64,000 bases of DNA from Alphaproteobacteria bacterium (GCA_030426245.1 JAUHYZ010000007.1:25881-89880), one strand, 5' to 3'. Counted from the stretch's first letter, positions 9,480 to 19,961 are shown. Translations and numbers: made by a program. Notes: generated by a model not told the origin, from the sequence alone.

Positions 9480-9728
9480 CCGGATCTTTGCAACATAGCT
9501 TTCCAGCACCCCTCTCTCTTTCATGATCGACAGCGCGCAAGAGGTCATTGGTCGCACCACCAATCTTTACGAACATTCTATCCAGGTGCCAGCGCCACTG
9601 ACGAAATCTTCGTATGCGGCTAATACGCTGGCGCTTGAATGGACTAGACGGTTTCGTTCTCGACTTTCGGCTCATGACCTGTTGCTAAAGAGTTTCGCCG
9701 CCGGATGCCACATTAGTCTGACAAAACC
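9480..9728 (-). mobile_element. Degenerate IS6-family remnant (N-terminal transposase, internal deletion)
   Basis: MSRKSRTKPSSPFKR fused directly to QRISRIRRFRQWRWHLD; terminus tgacaaaacc at 9719-9728. Confidence 0.75.
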
Positions 9729-9928
9729 AACATACCGAAACCGGCCATCAAGATTCCCGCGAACAGCCGTTTCCCCATGGTCGCGGTCGCTGCTTCAGCA
9801 GTCGTCAGCGACCCCATAGCAGGCGGCCGCGTTCTCAATGACGGTGTGCATTGAGGTTGATCTCGATCCGCCCTAGCTTTGTCCGACAAATGATTCTCGC
9901 TCGGGCGGGATTGAACTGAGGGAACGGG

Positions 9929-11128
9929 ATGATGTTTTGGGATAGGCTCGGCCGGATGGCCAACAGGGGCTGGTTTGGAGCGATTGCGGCGCTAGTCCTG
10001 GCGGCTTCTGCCGGGCAGGCGCTGGCGCAGGAGCCGGGCATGCTCAACGCGCCCACAGTGGTCTCGCCGGTTGTCGGCGCGGACAATACTGTGACGTTCC
10101 GCCTCTTTGCGCCCGAGGCCAAATCGGTCACCGTGTCGGGTGATTTCGGTCCCGACACGCCGCTCACCAAGGGAGCGGACGGCGTGTGGACCGCGACCAT
10201 CGGGCCGTTGCCGAGTGAATCCTATGTCTACTATTTCATGGCCGACGGCATGCGGCTGGTCGACCCGGCCAATCCACAGGTCAAGATCGGCTATGTGATC
10301 ACCACGACCGTCAGCCTTGTGACGGTGCCGGGGCCGGAGACCGACTTCTTCGAGGTTCATAACGTGCCGCATGGCGACCTGCGCACGATCGCCTACCATT
10401 CGGATTCGAACGGAGTAAACCGCGAACTGGTCGCCTATCTGCCGCCGGGTTATGACGACAATCCGGACAAGCGCTACCCGGTGCTCTACCTGCTGCACGG
10501 CTATGCCAACGACCATCACTCATGGCAGCGTTACGGCCGCGCGAACGAGATCCTCGACAATCTGATCGCCGCCGGAAAGATCGAACCTTTCATAGTGGTG
10601 ATGCCGCTCGGCTATGGCGGAGCGGCAGTGAACGGCGACGGCAACGGCCTGCCACCGGCCGAAGGGATCGAGGTAATGGGCAATGGTTTCGATCTCTACG
10701 AACGCGACCTGCTGGAAGACATCATCCCGCTGATTGACGGCAAATACCGCACGCTGGCCGATCGCAAGCATCGCGCAATCATGGGTTTCTCCATGGGCGG
10801 GGGACAAGCCGGGCGCATCGGTCTGGGTAACCTCGATACTTTCAGCCAGGTCGGCATCATGAGTGCCGGGCTATTCGCCAATGGCGACGACACACCGGTT
10901 GAAACTCTGGCCGCCGATCCTGCGTTGACGAACGAGTTGCTCGACCTGTTGTGGATCGGCTGCGGCGTGGATGACGCTATCGCCATCGCCGGCGCTCGCA
11001 AGCTGCATGCGCAGCTCAACGCTGCGGGCATCGACCACACCTTCGTGCAGTCTGAAGGGGCACACCACTGGCGTGTATGGCGCCGCTACCTGCGCGACGT
11101 CGCCCCTCTGCTATTCAAGAAGCGATAG
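9929..11128 (+). CDS. Secreted alpha/beta-hydrolase esterase with N-terminal CBM48-like domain (CE1-like)
   Basis: Signal peptide (..AGQALA/Q), VTFRLFAPEA, YLPPGY, YPVLYLLHG, GFSMGG nucleophile elbow, GAHHW. Confidence 0.85.
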   Translation: MMFWDRLGRMANRGWFGAIAALVLAASAGQALAQEPGMLNAPTVVSPVVGADNTVTFRLFAPEAKSVTVSGDFGPDTPLTKGADGVWTATIGPLPSESYVYYFMADGMRLVDPANPQVKIGYVITTTVSLVTVPGPETDFFEVHNVPHGDLRTIAYHSDSNGVNRELVAYLPPGYDDNPDKRYPVLYLLHGYANDHHSWQRYGRANEILDNLIAAGKIEPFIVVMPLGYGGAAVNGDGNGLPPAEGIEVMGNGFDLYERDLLEDIIPLIDGKYRTLADRKHRAIMGFSMGGGQAGRIGLGNLDTFSQVGIMSAGLFANGDDTPVETLAADPALTNELLDLLWIGCGVDDAIAIAGARKLHAQLNAAGIDHTFVQSEGAHHWRVWRRYLRDVAPLLFKKR

Positions 11129-11147
11129 CAGAAACTATTGCTGAAGG

Positions 11148-11990
11148 GGCACTGTCAAATTGACTGCAACTCGTCTCCACTTGGCGGAGAACGCCCTTCC
11201 CGCCGCTCAGCTTAGGCCATAGGGATCTGGCACTCAGCCAATAGGGCTGAACGGCGGGCCTTGTAAGTCTGTCGATCGACGAAATGGCGTTCCTGGCTGG
11301 AGTGGTTGTGGACGTTTGCATGAACCGAGGCGAACTTCTGTAACGACTTCATTCGTCGGAACCGAAGCATCGCCCGCTCTCGTCGTCGGAAGGGCAGATA
11401 GCTGTTCTCCACCCGGTTGCTGGCCCTGCGCCCCACCTCCTGCTTGTCCTGATTTCCCAGCTCAGTAGTTGCGGCTTTGTAAGAGCGCAGGCCGTCGGTA
11501 GTGATGGTCTCAACTTGGCCATGGCGCTTCAGCGTCTTCCCCATGAACGGCAGGTAAGCCTTCTTATCCCGGGTCTTGGTGACGTAGCTCTCCAGCACTT
11601 CACCCTCTTGGTCTGCCGCTCGCCAGAGGTAGTGCATCTCCCCACTGATCCTCACGTAGACCTCATCAAGATGCCAGCGCCAATGGCTGAAGCCCTTCAT
11701 GTAGCTCACTCGCTGCCTTTGGATGTCAGCCGCGAACATCGGCCGGAAACGATTCCAACACAGACGCACAGTATCATGACGAAGGTCGGTCCCGCGCTCG
11801 AAGAGCAGGTCCTCGACGTTTCGCAGCTACAGCGGATACCTGACGTACATCATCCCGACCAAGCGGATCACCTCAGGCGTTGAGTTGAAATAGCGAAACG
11901 GATTGGCAGGTTTTCGAGGTCTGGGCATGGGCGACCGCCATAACCCAAGCGACTCATTTTTCAATCAGGTGCATTTGCTCTGACAGTGCC
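11148..11990 (-). mobile_element. Full-length IS6-family element with inactivated transposase
   Basis: Terminal inverted repeats GGCACTGTCA / TGACAGTGCC; about 840 bp. Confidence 0.9.
11212..11928 (-). pseudogene. IS6 transposase pseudogene
   Basis: ATG 11928 MPRPRKPANPFRYF...YPL* with an in-frame TAG at 11827-11829, then the frame continues into ORF 11212-11769. Confidence 0.85.
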
Positions 11991-12107
11991 CCATCGCTTG
12001 CTGGAAGCGGTCTTCACACTGGCCGAACCGCTGCCGGAAATCCCGCAGAACGGCGCCATTTGTCAGGCGATTACTGGTAGAGAAACGAAACCGAGAGACT
12101 TGCTGGC

Positions 12108-12943
12108 GGTGCTGTCAGTCTAACGCCAACTCGTCTCCACTTCGCAGAGCTCTCCCTACCCGCGCAGCCTATCAAGTCATGAGGTTTTGCCACTCAGCCA
12201 GGGCAGCTGAGCGAGCGGCTTTGTAAGTCTGTCGATCGACGAGATGGCGTTCCTGGCTGAAATGGTTGTGGATGTTGGCATGGACCGAGGCGAACTTCTG
12301 TAGCGACTTCATCTGTCGAAACCTAAGCATCGCCCGCTCTCTTCGTCGAAACGGCAGGTGGCTGTTCTCCACCCGGTTATTGGCCCAGCGTCCGACCTCC
12401 TGCTTGTCCTGGTTTCCCAATACCTGCATCGCAGCCGGGTAGGATTTCAGACCGTCGGTTACGATCGCCTCTGCCTTGCCATGTCGCTTCAGCGTCTTCT
12501 TCATGAACCGCAGAGCTGCGTCCTTGTCGCGAGTTTTGGTGACGTAGCTTTCGAGGACCTCCCCTTCCTGGTCCACTGCTCGCCAGAGGTAGTGCATCTC
12601 GCCGTTGATCTTCTCGTAGACCTCGTCGAGATGCCACTTCCAGTGCCGAAAGCCCCGCATACGCGATGCGCGTTGGCGGCGAATGTCAGCCGCGAACATC
12701 GGGCCAAATCTATTCCACCAGAAGCGAACGGTTTCATGGCAGATGTCGATCCCGCGCTCGAACAGCAGATCCTCGACGTTCCTGAGCGACAGTGGGAACC
12801 TCACATACATCAGGACCACGAGGCGGATCACTTCAGGAGATGAATTGAAGCGTTTGAACGGGCTATCGGGCTTGCGAGGACGAGACATTGCCGCGCCCTA
12901 ACCTTCACTCCTTACCAAACGGTGCAGTTGGTTTGACAGAGCC
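12108..12943 (-). mobile_element. Apparently intact IS6-family element
   Basis: Imperfect IRs GGTGCTGTCA / TGACAGAGCC enclosing an intact transposase. Confidence 0.9.
12172..12888 (-). CDS. IS6-family DDE transposase
   Basis: 238 aa; WHLDE, YLWRAVD, VTDG, NNRVENSH motifs. Confidence 0.95.
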   Translation of the reverse strand: MSRPRKPDSPFKRFNSSPEVIRLVVLMYVRFPLSLRNVEDLLFERGIDICHETVRFWWNRFGPMFAADIRRQRASRMRGFRHWKWHLDEVYEKINGEMHYLWRAVDQEGEVLESYVTKTRDKDAALRFMKKTLKRHGKAEAIVTDGLKSYPAAMQVLGNQDKQEVGRWANNRVENSHLPFRRRERAMLRFRQMKSLQKFASVHANIHNHFSQERHLVDRQTYKAARSAALAEWQNLMT

Positions 12944-13070
12944 ACGTACAGCATGACCATCATGCGGATGATCTCTGTGACGAGTGGAAATAGCGAAACG
13001 GGTTGTTAGCGTTGTTCATCCCCGTCCGCTAGCAGTGGCTCGGTCGACCGGTCATCCTTTTGACAGGACT
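12944..13070 (-). mobile_element. IS6 left-end remnant truncated by the intact copy
   Basis: Minus strand reads MNNANNPFRYFHSS.(frameshift)EIIRMMVMLY, then stops at the intact IS end; terminus tgacaggact at 13061-13070. Confidence 0.7.
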
Positions 13071-13104
13071 ATCAAAGGGGATGCAACAAATACGATAGCA
13101 TCCC

Positions 13105-13779
13105 TTATGCGCAGAGCACGGTCTGTTCACTTACCTGAATTCCCTGTGCGGCACATTTGCGACTGTAAGGCTGAAGCGCGTGCACTGTAGATGCGAGCTG
13201 CTTCAGACCGAGGCCGGCTTGGAAGACCACCCCAAAACGCCCCCTCTTGTGCCAACAAACATGGCCGACACGCGCAGGCATGTCGCCGATTACCAAATTG
13301 ACACGCTCGCGTAGAGATACCTTTCCGCCCGTTTCGATGCATGCACCTTGGGCGGACAGATCTACCAACATGGCATCCGCATTTCCGGACAAGCCGTGGA
13401 CCGCGTTTGGCTGCTGAATGCAGAGCCTTAACGGACGAGGCCTGTGCTTGGCCTTTTCACCGATGAAGTCCGCGACATCGACTTTGCAGGAAAAACGAAA
13501 TCCAGCGTATTCCCCGTTGATCCATCGTCGTTCCAAAGCAACCAGGAACCCGCTGGAAAGTTGAAGGAACATGAAGTCCTCAGGCGGGTGCTCGTGGAAT
13601 AGCCGCAATTTGGCACCCGTCTGCGAGACATCGTTTACCACGCAAACATATTCGCCGCTCATACTGCGAAGTTTGGCCGCTCGCAGCATGAGACGATGGC
13701 GACCATCCGTTCGGCGATCGGAACCGGGGTTCCACATCGAAACGTCTGTTGGGCTCATTTGCACCATCATGACCGACAC
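13105..13779 (-). CDS. Tandem PilZ-domain protein
   Basis: RRTDGR..DVSQTG and a second DLSAQG..GVVF repeat. Confidence 0.8.
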   Translation of the reverse strand: MSVMMVQMSPTDVSMWNPGSDRRTDGRHRLMLRAAKLRSMSGEYVCVVNDVSQTGAKLRLFHEHPPEDFMFLQLSSGFLVALERRWINGEYAGFRFSCKVDVADFIGEKAKHRPRPLRLCIQQPNAVHGLSGNADAMLVDLSAQGACIETGGKVSLRERVNLVIGDMPARVGHVCWHKRGRFGVVFQAGLGLKQLASTVHALQPYSRKCAAQGIQVSEQTVLCA

Positions 13780-13882
13780 CCTTGGCTATTTGCATCCAAG
13801 CACAAGTGCTTGATAGTAAATCAACTATAATTGAACATGATTAAGATCGTCTAAACAGGTAACGTAAATTCAGGGTCTCGTT

Positions 13883-14722
13883 TCAATCCATCATCAAAAT
13901 CGAAATTCTTCGATTTCGGGGATCCTCTGGATTATCTCGCACGAGCAACTCGCGATCCGCAACACCTTCGATCCGCCGGAAGCGGCTGGCCGGCAAACCA
14001 TTGCGCATCAATGCCTGCCGCGTCGCCTCTGCCCTTCCGGCAGACAATGCCCAATTGTTGCCCGCCCCATTTTTCCAGGGAAGCGCATCGGTGTGGCCAC
14101 GGATCGTCAGACCGCCGGCTTCAGGAGCAACGGCCTGCGCAACAGCATCGACCAAATGCGCGGCATCGGTGGTCAGCACTGTCGTACCCAGCTGGAACAT
14201 CGAGAAGTCGGCATCGTCGACAAGATCGATACGAATCCCCTGAGACGTGTCGACAAGCCGAACTTGCCGGGTGAGACGCAGAAGACGCTGCGATTTCGAA
14301 AGCTTCTTCTCGAGGCGATCCTTCATCAATTCGATCGTCTTCTGGCGCGACGCACCTTCCTTGACGCCGCCTGTCGTATCGCGTGGAATAGTCAGGGAAC
14401 GCGTACCTGTCTGTCCTGCACGATTGGGATAATTGTCCACGTCGGTAATCGAGGAGCCGCCCAGCATGCCGTCGGAACCGGCGCTTTCCTCGCGCATCTT
14501 CACCAATGTAGGCGTAAAGTAGTCGGCAATCCCCTTGCGCTGGTTTTCCTCGGTCGCACCGAGAAGCCAGAGCAGCAGGAAGAACGCCATCATGGCGGTC
14601 ACGAAATCGGCATAAGCCACTTTCCAGGCGCCGCCGTGATGGCCGCCTTCGGCAGCCATCACCACCTTTTTCACGATTACTGGCGGCGGCGGCTCATTCT
14701 TGCCGCGTGCGGAACTCGCCAT
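13883..14722 (-). CDS. motB: Flagellar stator MotB
   Basis: WKVAYADFVTAMMAFF; OmpA-like GHTD, NWALS..RA, NRRI. Confidence 0.95.
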   Translation of the reverse strand: MASSARGKNEPPPPVIVKKVVMAAEGGHHGGAWKVAYADFVTAMMAFFLLLWLLGATEENQRKGIADYFTPTLVKMREESAGSDGMLGGSSITDVDNYPNRAGQTGTRSLTIPRDTTGGVKEGASRQKTIELMKDRLEKKLSKSQRLLRLTRQVRLVDTSQGIRIDLVDDADFSMFQLGTTVLTTDAAHLVDAVAQAVAPEAGGLTIRGHTDALPWKNGAGNNWALSAGRAEATRQALMRNGLPASRFRRIEGVADRELLVRDNPEDPRNRRISILMMD

Positions 14723-14723
14723 C

Positions 14724-15587
14724 TCAGCGACCCCTGAGGCTGTCGAGCAGCTCCGTCAGGCCCGGCCGGAACGCATGCCCAAGGCCGGAACGGGCCGATT
14801 CCACCACCAGCGGCTGCGGCCAACCATGCAGCGACGAAATGATGACCTGCTTTACTGCATGGAACACCTGTTCGTCCTGCTCGACGACCTGCTTGAGCCT
14901 GGAGGCGAGCGGCCCGACAATGCCATAGGCAAGCAAGACGCCCAGAAACGTACCGACGAGAGCAGAACCGATCATGCCCCCCAAAATGGCCGGAGGTTTG
15001 TCGATCGAGCCCATGGTCTTCACCACGCCCAGCACAGCGGCGACGATGCCCAGCGCAGGCAAGGCATCCGCCAGGCTTTGCAAGGCGTGCTGCGGTTCGT
15101 GCATTTCGCTGAAATGCGTCTTCATGGCGTTGTCCATGACTTCTTCGACCGCATGCGTCTCGAGATTGCCGGAAGACACCACGATCAGCATCAGAGTGTC
15201 GCAAATGAGGGAAACAAGCGGCTTGTTTGCCAGGAGACGCGGAAACTCGGCAAAGATCGGCGAGTTTTCGGGATCCTGCACATGCGCTTCCACGGCAACA
15301 GGCCCCTCACTGCGCAGGATGCGCATGAGCTTGGTCGACAGAAGGATCGCATCGATGTGATCCTGCTTTGAATGCTTCGGCCCCTTGAATATCTTCACGA
15401 GGCCGCCGCCGATCGCCTTGAGTTCGTGCAGCGAATTGCCCGCAATGATAGCGCCCAGCGCGGCGCCGCCGATAATCATCATTTCGTGCGGCATCGCATG
15501 CATGACGGGGCCCAGCGCGCCGCCCGTCAGCGCGAAGCCACCAAAGACCATGACAAGCAGGACAACGATCCCGATTATTGCGTACAT
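14724..15587 (-). CDS. motA: Flagellar stator MotA
   Basis: PALGIVAAVLG, ALVGTFLGVLLAYG; adjacent to motB. Confidence 0.95.
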   Translation of the reverse strand: MYAIIGIVVLLVMVFGGFALTGGALGPVMHAMPHEMMIIGGAALGAIIAGNSLHELKAIGGGLVKIFKGPKHSKQDHIDAILLSTKLMRILRSEGPVAVEAHVQDPENSPIFAEFPRLLANKPLVSLICDTLMLIVVSSGNLETHAVEEVMDNAMKTHFSEMHEPQHALQSLADALPALGIVAAVLGVVKTMGSIDKPPAILGGMIGSALVGTFLGVLLAYGIVGPLASRLKQVVEQDEQVFHAVKQVIISSLHGWPQPLVVESARSGLGHAFRPGLTELLDSLRGR

Positions 15588-15620
15588 CCTAAACCTCTGA
15601 CTTTGGCGACTGGCCGAAAC

Positions 15621-16535
15621 TCAGCGCATCATGTCGAACAACGAAAGACTGGCCAGCTTGGCGAAGCTGGCCTGGCTTGCTTCCAGGACCGTCATGATTT
15701 CCTGCAATTCGGTAATGGCGGTTGCCGGATCGATACTGCCCACAACCGCCTGCTCATCGGCGCGCATCTCGCCCTGCCTGACATGCCGCGAGACATTGAG
15801 ATCGACCCAGTTCATGCGCCCGCCAATGACCGTTTGGGTCGTGGTGATCGTTTCGAGGCCCGTGATCATTGCATCCAGCGCATCACGCGCTGCCGCCGCG
15901 GGATCGGGCGAACCGCCGGACAAGGCTTGGGCAAGCCCGCTGATCACCGCGAAGAGATCGGTCGGTGCGCCGCCGTGAGTGAAGTTCAGAAATTCCGGCC
16001 CGGTGACGCCGCGCGTGACGGTCTGCCCGTCGCCCAGGGGAAGGTCGCCCGAATTCGCCGTCCCGGCATAGACCGGATTACCGAAAGCATCGTATTGATA
16101 GGCATTACCGGTCGCTTCGCCCCCGAACAGGGAATGGCCGGAGCTATCCTTCGAATTGGCCAGTGCGACGAGGTTGCTGCTGATATTTGCGAGTTGCTCG
16201 CCAATGGCGTGGCGCTGCACATCGCTGAGTGTGCCAGTTGCCGCCTGCGTTGCCAGTTCCTGCGCGCGTATCAGGTTATCCGCTATCTCCTGAATGGCGC
16301 TGTCCGCCAGAGTAAGATCCGAAATAGCCCGATCGGCATTGGCCTTGTCCACTGCCGCCAGCTCCTCCGCGCGGGAAAGCTCGCGCAAGCGGGAAGCTGC
16401 AACAGGATCGTCAGACGATTGATTGATACGCTGGCCGCTGGATACCTGGCTCTGCAACAGTTCGGCGCGCTTGCGCAGGGCAGAGAGGTCTTGCGTTGCC
16501 CGCTCATAGAAGGCGCTTGTAGATAGGATCGTCAT
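15621..16535 (-). CDS. flgL: Hook-associated protein 3
   Basis: SSGQRINQSSDDPVAA; C-terminal LSLFD; position after flgK. Confidence 0.9.
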   Translation of the reverse strand: MTILSTSAFYERATQDLSALRKRAELLQSQVSSGQRINQSSDDPVAASRLRELSRAEELAAVDKANADRAISDLTLADSAIQEIADNLIRAQELATQAATGTLSDVQRHAIGEQLANISSNLVALANSKDSSGHSLFGGEATGNAYQYDAFGNPVYAGTANSGDLPLGDGQTVTRGVTGPEFLNFTHGGAPTDLFAVISGLAQALSGGSPDPAAAARDALDAMITGLETITTTQTVIGGRMNWVDLNVSRHVRQGEMRADEQAVVGSIDPATAITELQEIMTVLEASQASFAKLASLSLFDMMR

Positions 16536-16542
16536 GGTGCCC

Positions 16543-17880
16543 TCATCTAATGCTCAACAAGGTATCGAAAATGTCGGTGGCGACCTGCATCGCCCGCCCC
16601 GAAGCCTGGAACGCCTGCTGAAACCGGATGAGATTCACCGCCTCCTGATCGAGGTCGACGCCTGCCTGGCTCTGCAAGGCAATGCTCGCCGAAGAGGCAA
16701 TCGTATCTAGTGCGTCCCGCGTTGTCGTGAGCCCGGATACCTTGCTCGACACGGCGAATATGACGGAGTTCAACTGCTCCGCGACTTTGTTGGAGGACAG
16801 CGCGGTTCTGAGCGTAGATAGGTTGGCGGGATCCCTGGAACCCGCGCCTGCTCCTGCATGAGTGGTGGCAATGCCGCCAGGGGAGGTCAATGCCACTGCA
16901 ATGTCGTCAGCACCGGTGCCGGAAAAGAACGCCTGCCCTGCCGTCCCGTCCAGCGCAGCACCGCCCGTCTGCACAGCGTTCACGATCGAGATGACATTCG
17001 CAGCGACCGAATTCAAATCTTCGCGATAGTCGCGTAGGTGGACCAAAGCCTGTGCGCGGCCTGCGAGATCGCCTCCCGAAAGCGTCACGGCCGAGCCGCC
17101 GACCGCAAAGGCCAGTGTGCCGTCTGCGGCAACCGTAGAGGTGAGAGGCGAAGCCGTGCCACCCTGCACAAGCGGGACCGATCCCCCCGACCCAAGGCGC
17201 ACTTCGACGGTCTGATCTGAGGCAATCGATACCGAGATATCGGCTCTTTGGCTTAACTTCTGCAGCATCAAGTCGCGCTGGTCGAGCAGCGCGGATTGAT
17301 CGGAGCTGCCATTTTGCGCGCGAACAAGACGCAAGTTGATTTGCGCGAGTTCTCCAGCATACAGATTGACTTCGCTTACGCTTGCGGCCGCATCAAAATG
17401 GAGGCTGTCGCCCACCGCATCCAATGATACGGAAGCTACGTTGAAGCTGCGCGCCAATGTCTGCGCACTCTCCAGCACGGATGCCCGCAAAGAAAGGTCC
17501 GTGGGATCGGTGGTGAGGCCTTCAAGCTCACCTTCAAAATCGACCAGCGTCTCGAAGATCCTGGCGTTCTCGATCGAGGCCTGAATGTTCTCCAGCCCGC
17601 TCAACTCGGTATTGGCGCGAGTGCTGTCTGAAGTTGTCCGGCGGACTTCCGCCAGACGAAACAGGTCCGCGTTCCGCTCCACACCGGCCAGCCTGACGCC
17701 TGAAAGCGACGTACCGCCCGGCTGCCCGCTGGCACTGGGATAGGCCACTTCCGACAGATGAGCCGTCCGGCGCACATAGCCGTCGCTCGACGCGTTGGCG
17801 ATGTTCTGCGCCGTCACGTCTAGCGCGGCGCGTGCCGCCTTTGCGCCGCTGGCGGCAATGGTGAGAAGATCGGAAGCCAT
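16543..17880 (-). CDS. flgK: Hook-associated protein 1
   Basis: QNIANA..GYVRR; GVDLDQEAVNLIRFQQAF. Confidence 0.93.
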   Translation of the reverse strand: MASDLLTIAASGAKAARAALDVTAQNIANASSDGYVRRTAHLSEVAYPSASGQPGGTSLSGVRLAGVERNADLFRLAEVRRTTSDSTRANTELSGLENIQASIENARIFETLVDFEGELEGLTTDPTDLSLRASVLESAQTLARSFNVASVSLDAVGDSLHFDAAASVSEVNLYAGELAQINLRLVRAQNGSSDQSALLDQRDLMLQKLSQRADISVSIASDQTVEVRLGSGGSVPLVQGGTASPLTSTVAADGTLAFAVGGSAVTLSGGDLAGRAQALVHLRDYREDLNSVAANVISIVNAVQTGGAALDGTAGQAFFSGTGADDIAVALTSPGGIATTHAGAGAGSRDPANLSTLRTALSSNKVAEQLNSVIFAVSSKVSGLTTTRDALDTIASSASIALQSQAGVDLDQEAVNLIRFQQAFQASGRAMQVATDIFDTLLSIR

Positions 17881-17883
17881 CGT

Positions 17884-18171
17884 CTATTTCTTCGGCTCAG
17901 GCGCGATCTGGGAAGCCAGCTGCGTTTCGATCATCTTCGCGAAGCCAAGCGAACCGCTTTCCGCCAGAATATCTGCAAACCTTTCATCCATCATCTGGCG
18001 AAAGGTATCCGAGCCCTGGCCGCCGAGCAGTTCCTCCCCGAAGCCAGCCTTACGCGCAGATGCGAGCATCTGACGCGCAAAGATCGCTTCGAAGCCCTTG
18101 GCGACTTCGGCCAGACGTTGGCGCTCGCTTGAGTGCGAGTTCAACTCGAAGGTGGTTGCAACAGGTATCAT
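17884..18171 (-). CDS. flgJ: Rod-capping FlgJ, N-terminal domain only (no muramidase)
   Basis: FEAIFARQML..R, GSLGFAKMI; 95 aa; follows flgI. Confidence 0.85.
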   Translation of the reverse strand: MIPVATTFELNSHSSERQRLAEVAKGFEAIFARQMLASARKAGFGEELLGGQGSDTFRQMMDERFADILAESGSLGFAKMIETQLASQIAPEPKK

Positions 18172-19268
18172 ATCACTACCATCTCTGCGTTGAGTGCCCC
18201 GGCCTGTTTCAGCGATTCAAGGATCGCCACCAGATCAGACGGCGTGACGCCCAATAAGTTAAGCGCATCAACCAATTGGGCGAGCGAAGCCCCAGGCTGA
18301 AAATTGGCGACATGTGCGTAGCCTTGCTCGATTTCGAGGGTGCTCGCTTCTTCGGTGGCAGTCCGCCCGCGGCTGAAAGGTTCGGGCTGGATTACTCTGG
18401 GATCTTCTTCGACACGCACGACAAGCTGGCCATGGCTGATCGCGGCCGGTGACAGACGCACGGCGCTGTTGATCACCACAGTGCCAGTACGGCTGTTGAC
18501 GATGACCTTTGCCCTGCTTTCGGCCGGTTCGACCTCGAGCATCTCGATCTGAGCCATCATGCTTGCGCGCGTGTCCGCACCAGTCGGCAGATAGAGGGCC
18601 AGTGTCACGCCGTCTTCGATGGAAGCCACGCCCGGAAAGCGGACATTGATCGCATCGCGCACGCGTGTGCTTGTTAGAAAATCGGCTTCGAAGAGGTTCC
18701 AGCGCAATACCGCGGAACTGTCGAAATTTGTGACGACCGCTCGCTCGACACTGGCGCCACCAACTATCCGGCCGACGGTCGGAACATTGACAGTCAGCTT
18801 GGAACCGTCCTTGCCGCTCACACCAAGACCGCCGACTGCCAGGTTGCCTTGCGCCATCGCGTAGATTTGGCCGTCCGCGCCGTAGAGCGGGCTGAGGATC
18901 AGTGCGCCCCCGCGAAGGCTCTTGGCCTTGCCCATGGTCGAGACAGTCACGTCGATACGCTGGCCAGGCTTGGCAAAGGCAGGAAGCTCGGCAGTGATAA
19001 TCACGGCCGCCGCATTCTTGAGCCCAGGGCTCACACCCGGTGGAAGCTGCAGCCCAAGCCGCCCCGACATACCGCGTGCGGCCTGTGTGAGATATTCAAG
19101 ATTGTCGTCACCGGAGCCGTCCAGCCCGACCACGATACCGTAGCCGGTCAGCTGGTTCGAACGGACGCCCTGGAAAGCACCCAAGTCGCGAATACGTTCT
19201 GCATGGGCTGGTGCCGCCGCCAGGAAGATGGTGGAAAGCGCTAACAGCAAGAATTGAAAGCGTGACAT
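18168..19268 (-). CDS. flgI: P-ring protein
   Basis: GVRSNQLTGYGIVVGLDG, SLRGG, LKQAGALNAE. Confidence 0.96.
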   Translation of the reverse strand: MSRFQFLLLALSTIFLAAAPAHAERIRDLGAFQGVRSNQLTGYGIVVGLDGSGDDNLEYLTQAARGMSGRLGLQLPPGVSPGLKNAAAVIITAELPAFAKPGQRIDVTVSTMGKAKSLRGGALILSPLYGADGQIYAMAQGNLAVGGLGVSGKDGSKLTVNVPTVGRIVGGASVERAVVTNFDSSAVLRWNLFEADFLTSTRVRDAINVRFPGVASIEDGVTLALYLPTGADTRASMMAQIEMLEVEPAESRAKVIVNSRTGTVVINSAVRLSPAAISHGQLVVRVEEDPRVIQPEPFSRGRTATEEASTLEIEQGYAHVANFQPGASLAQLVDALNLLGVTPSDLVAILESLKQAGALNAEMVVI

Positions 19269-19280
19269 TTCGAACCTCGA

Positions 19281-19961
19281 TCAGAATGGACTGAGCATGT
19301 TGAAAAACCGGCTGAGCCATCCTTCGCGCCCTGCGCGCTGAATTGATCCCTTGCCGGAATAGATGATGCGGGCATCGGCCACGCGGCTGGACAGAATCCG
19401 GCTATCCTCATCAACATCGGACAAACGAACGATGCCGGAAAACTGGATCCATTCCTCTCCCTGGCTCAGATTCATGCGCTTTTCGCCGCGCACCAGGGCC
19501 GTCCCGTTTGGCCGGACTTCTGCGATCGTCACGCTGAGCTGACCGGACAGGGAGTTCGACTGGGTCGCCTTGCCCTGCCCCTTGAAACTGGAATCCCCGG
19601 AAGCCGAAAGCGCGTCCGGGCTGAGAAAGCTGAATGGCCCGGTCGCCGGCGGAGTAAGCGTGAAACCGCCCTTGCGATCCGTGTTCGAACCGGCCGCCTT
19701 GGTCGTGCTGGTGGATTCCACCAACAGGATCGTAAGCGGATCGCCGACTGCACGCGCGCGATTGCCGATATAAAGTGGCGCATAGCCCATATCGACCTGG
19801 AAAATGCTGCCATTTTCCGGCGCGCGCGGAGCTGCGATCGGGGCCGGCGGCAATGTCGCGGCAAATTCGGCAGAAGGCTCCGCGCTCTTGCAGGCGGACG
19901 TCATGCCGCCCAGCAAGGCCACGGCCAAAACCATGCGAATGTTCATGTTCATCTTGCTCAT
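19281..19961 (-). CDS. flgH: L-ring lipoprotein
   Basis: Lipobox SAC, VGDPLTI, PNG...RGEK, GWLSRFF. Confidence 0.95.
   Translation of the reverse strand: MSKMNMNIRMVLAVALLGGMTSACKSAEPSAEFAATLPPAPIAAPRAPENGSIFQVDMGYAPLYIGNRARAVGDPLTILLVESTSTTKAAGSNTDRKGGFTLTPPATGPFSFLSPDALSASGDSSFKGQGKATQSNSLSGQLSVTIAEVRPNGTALVRGEKRMNLSQGEEWIQFSGIVRLSDVDEDSRILSSRVADARIIYSGKGSIQRAGREGWLSRFFNMLSPF

Noticed and set aside
11991-12107. Spacer between two IS6 copies as a gene or attachment-site remnant
   Set aside because: Only 117 bp; nothing I can support without a search.
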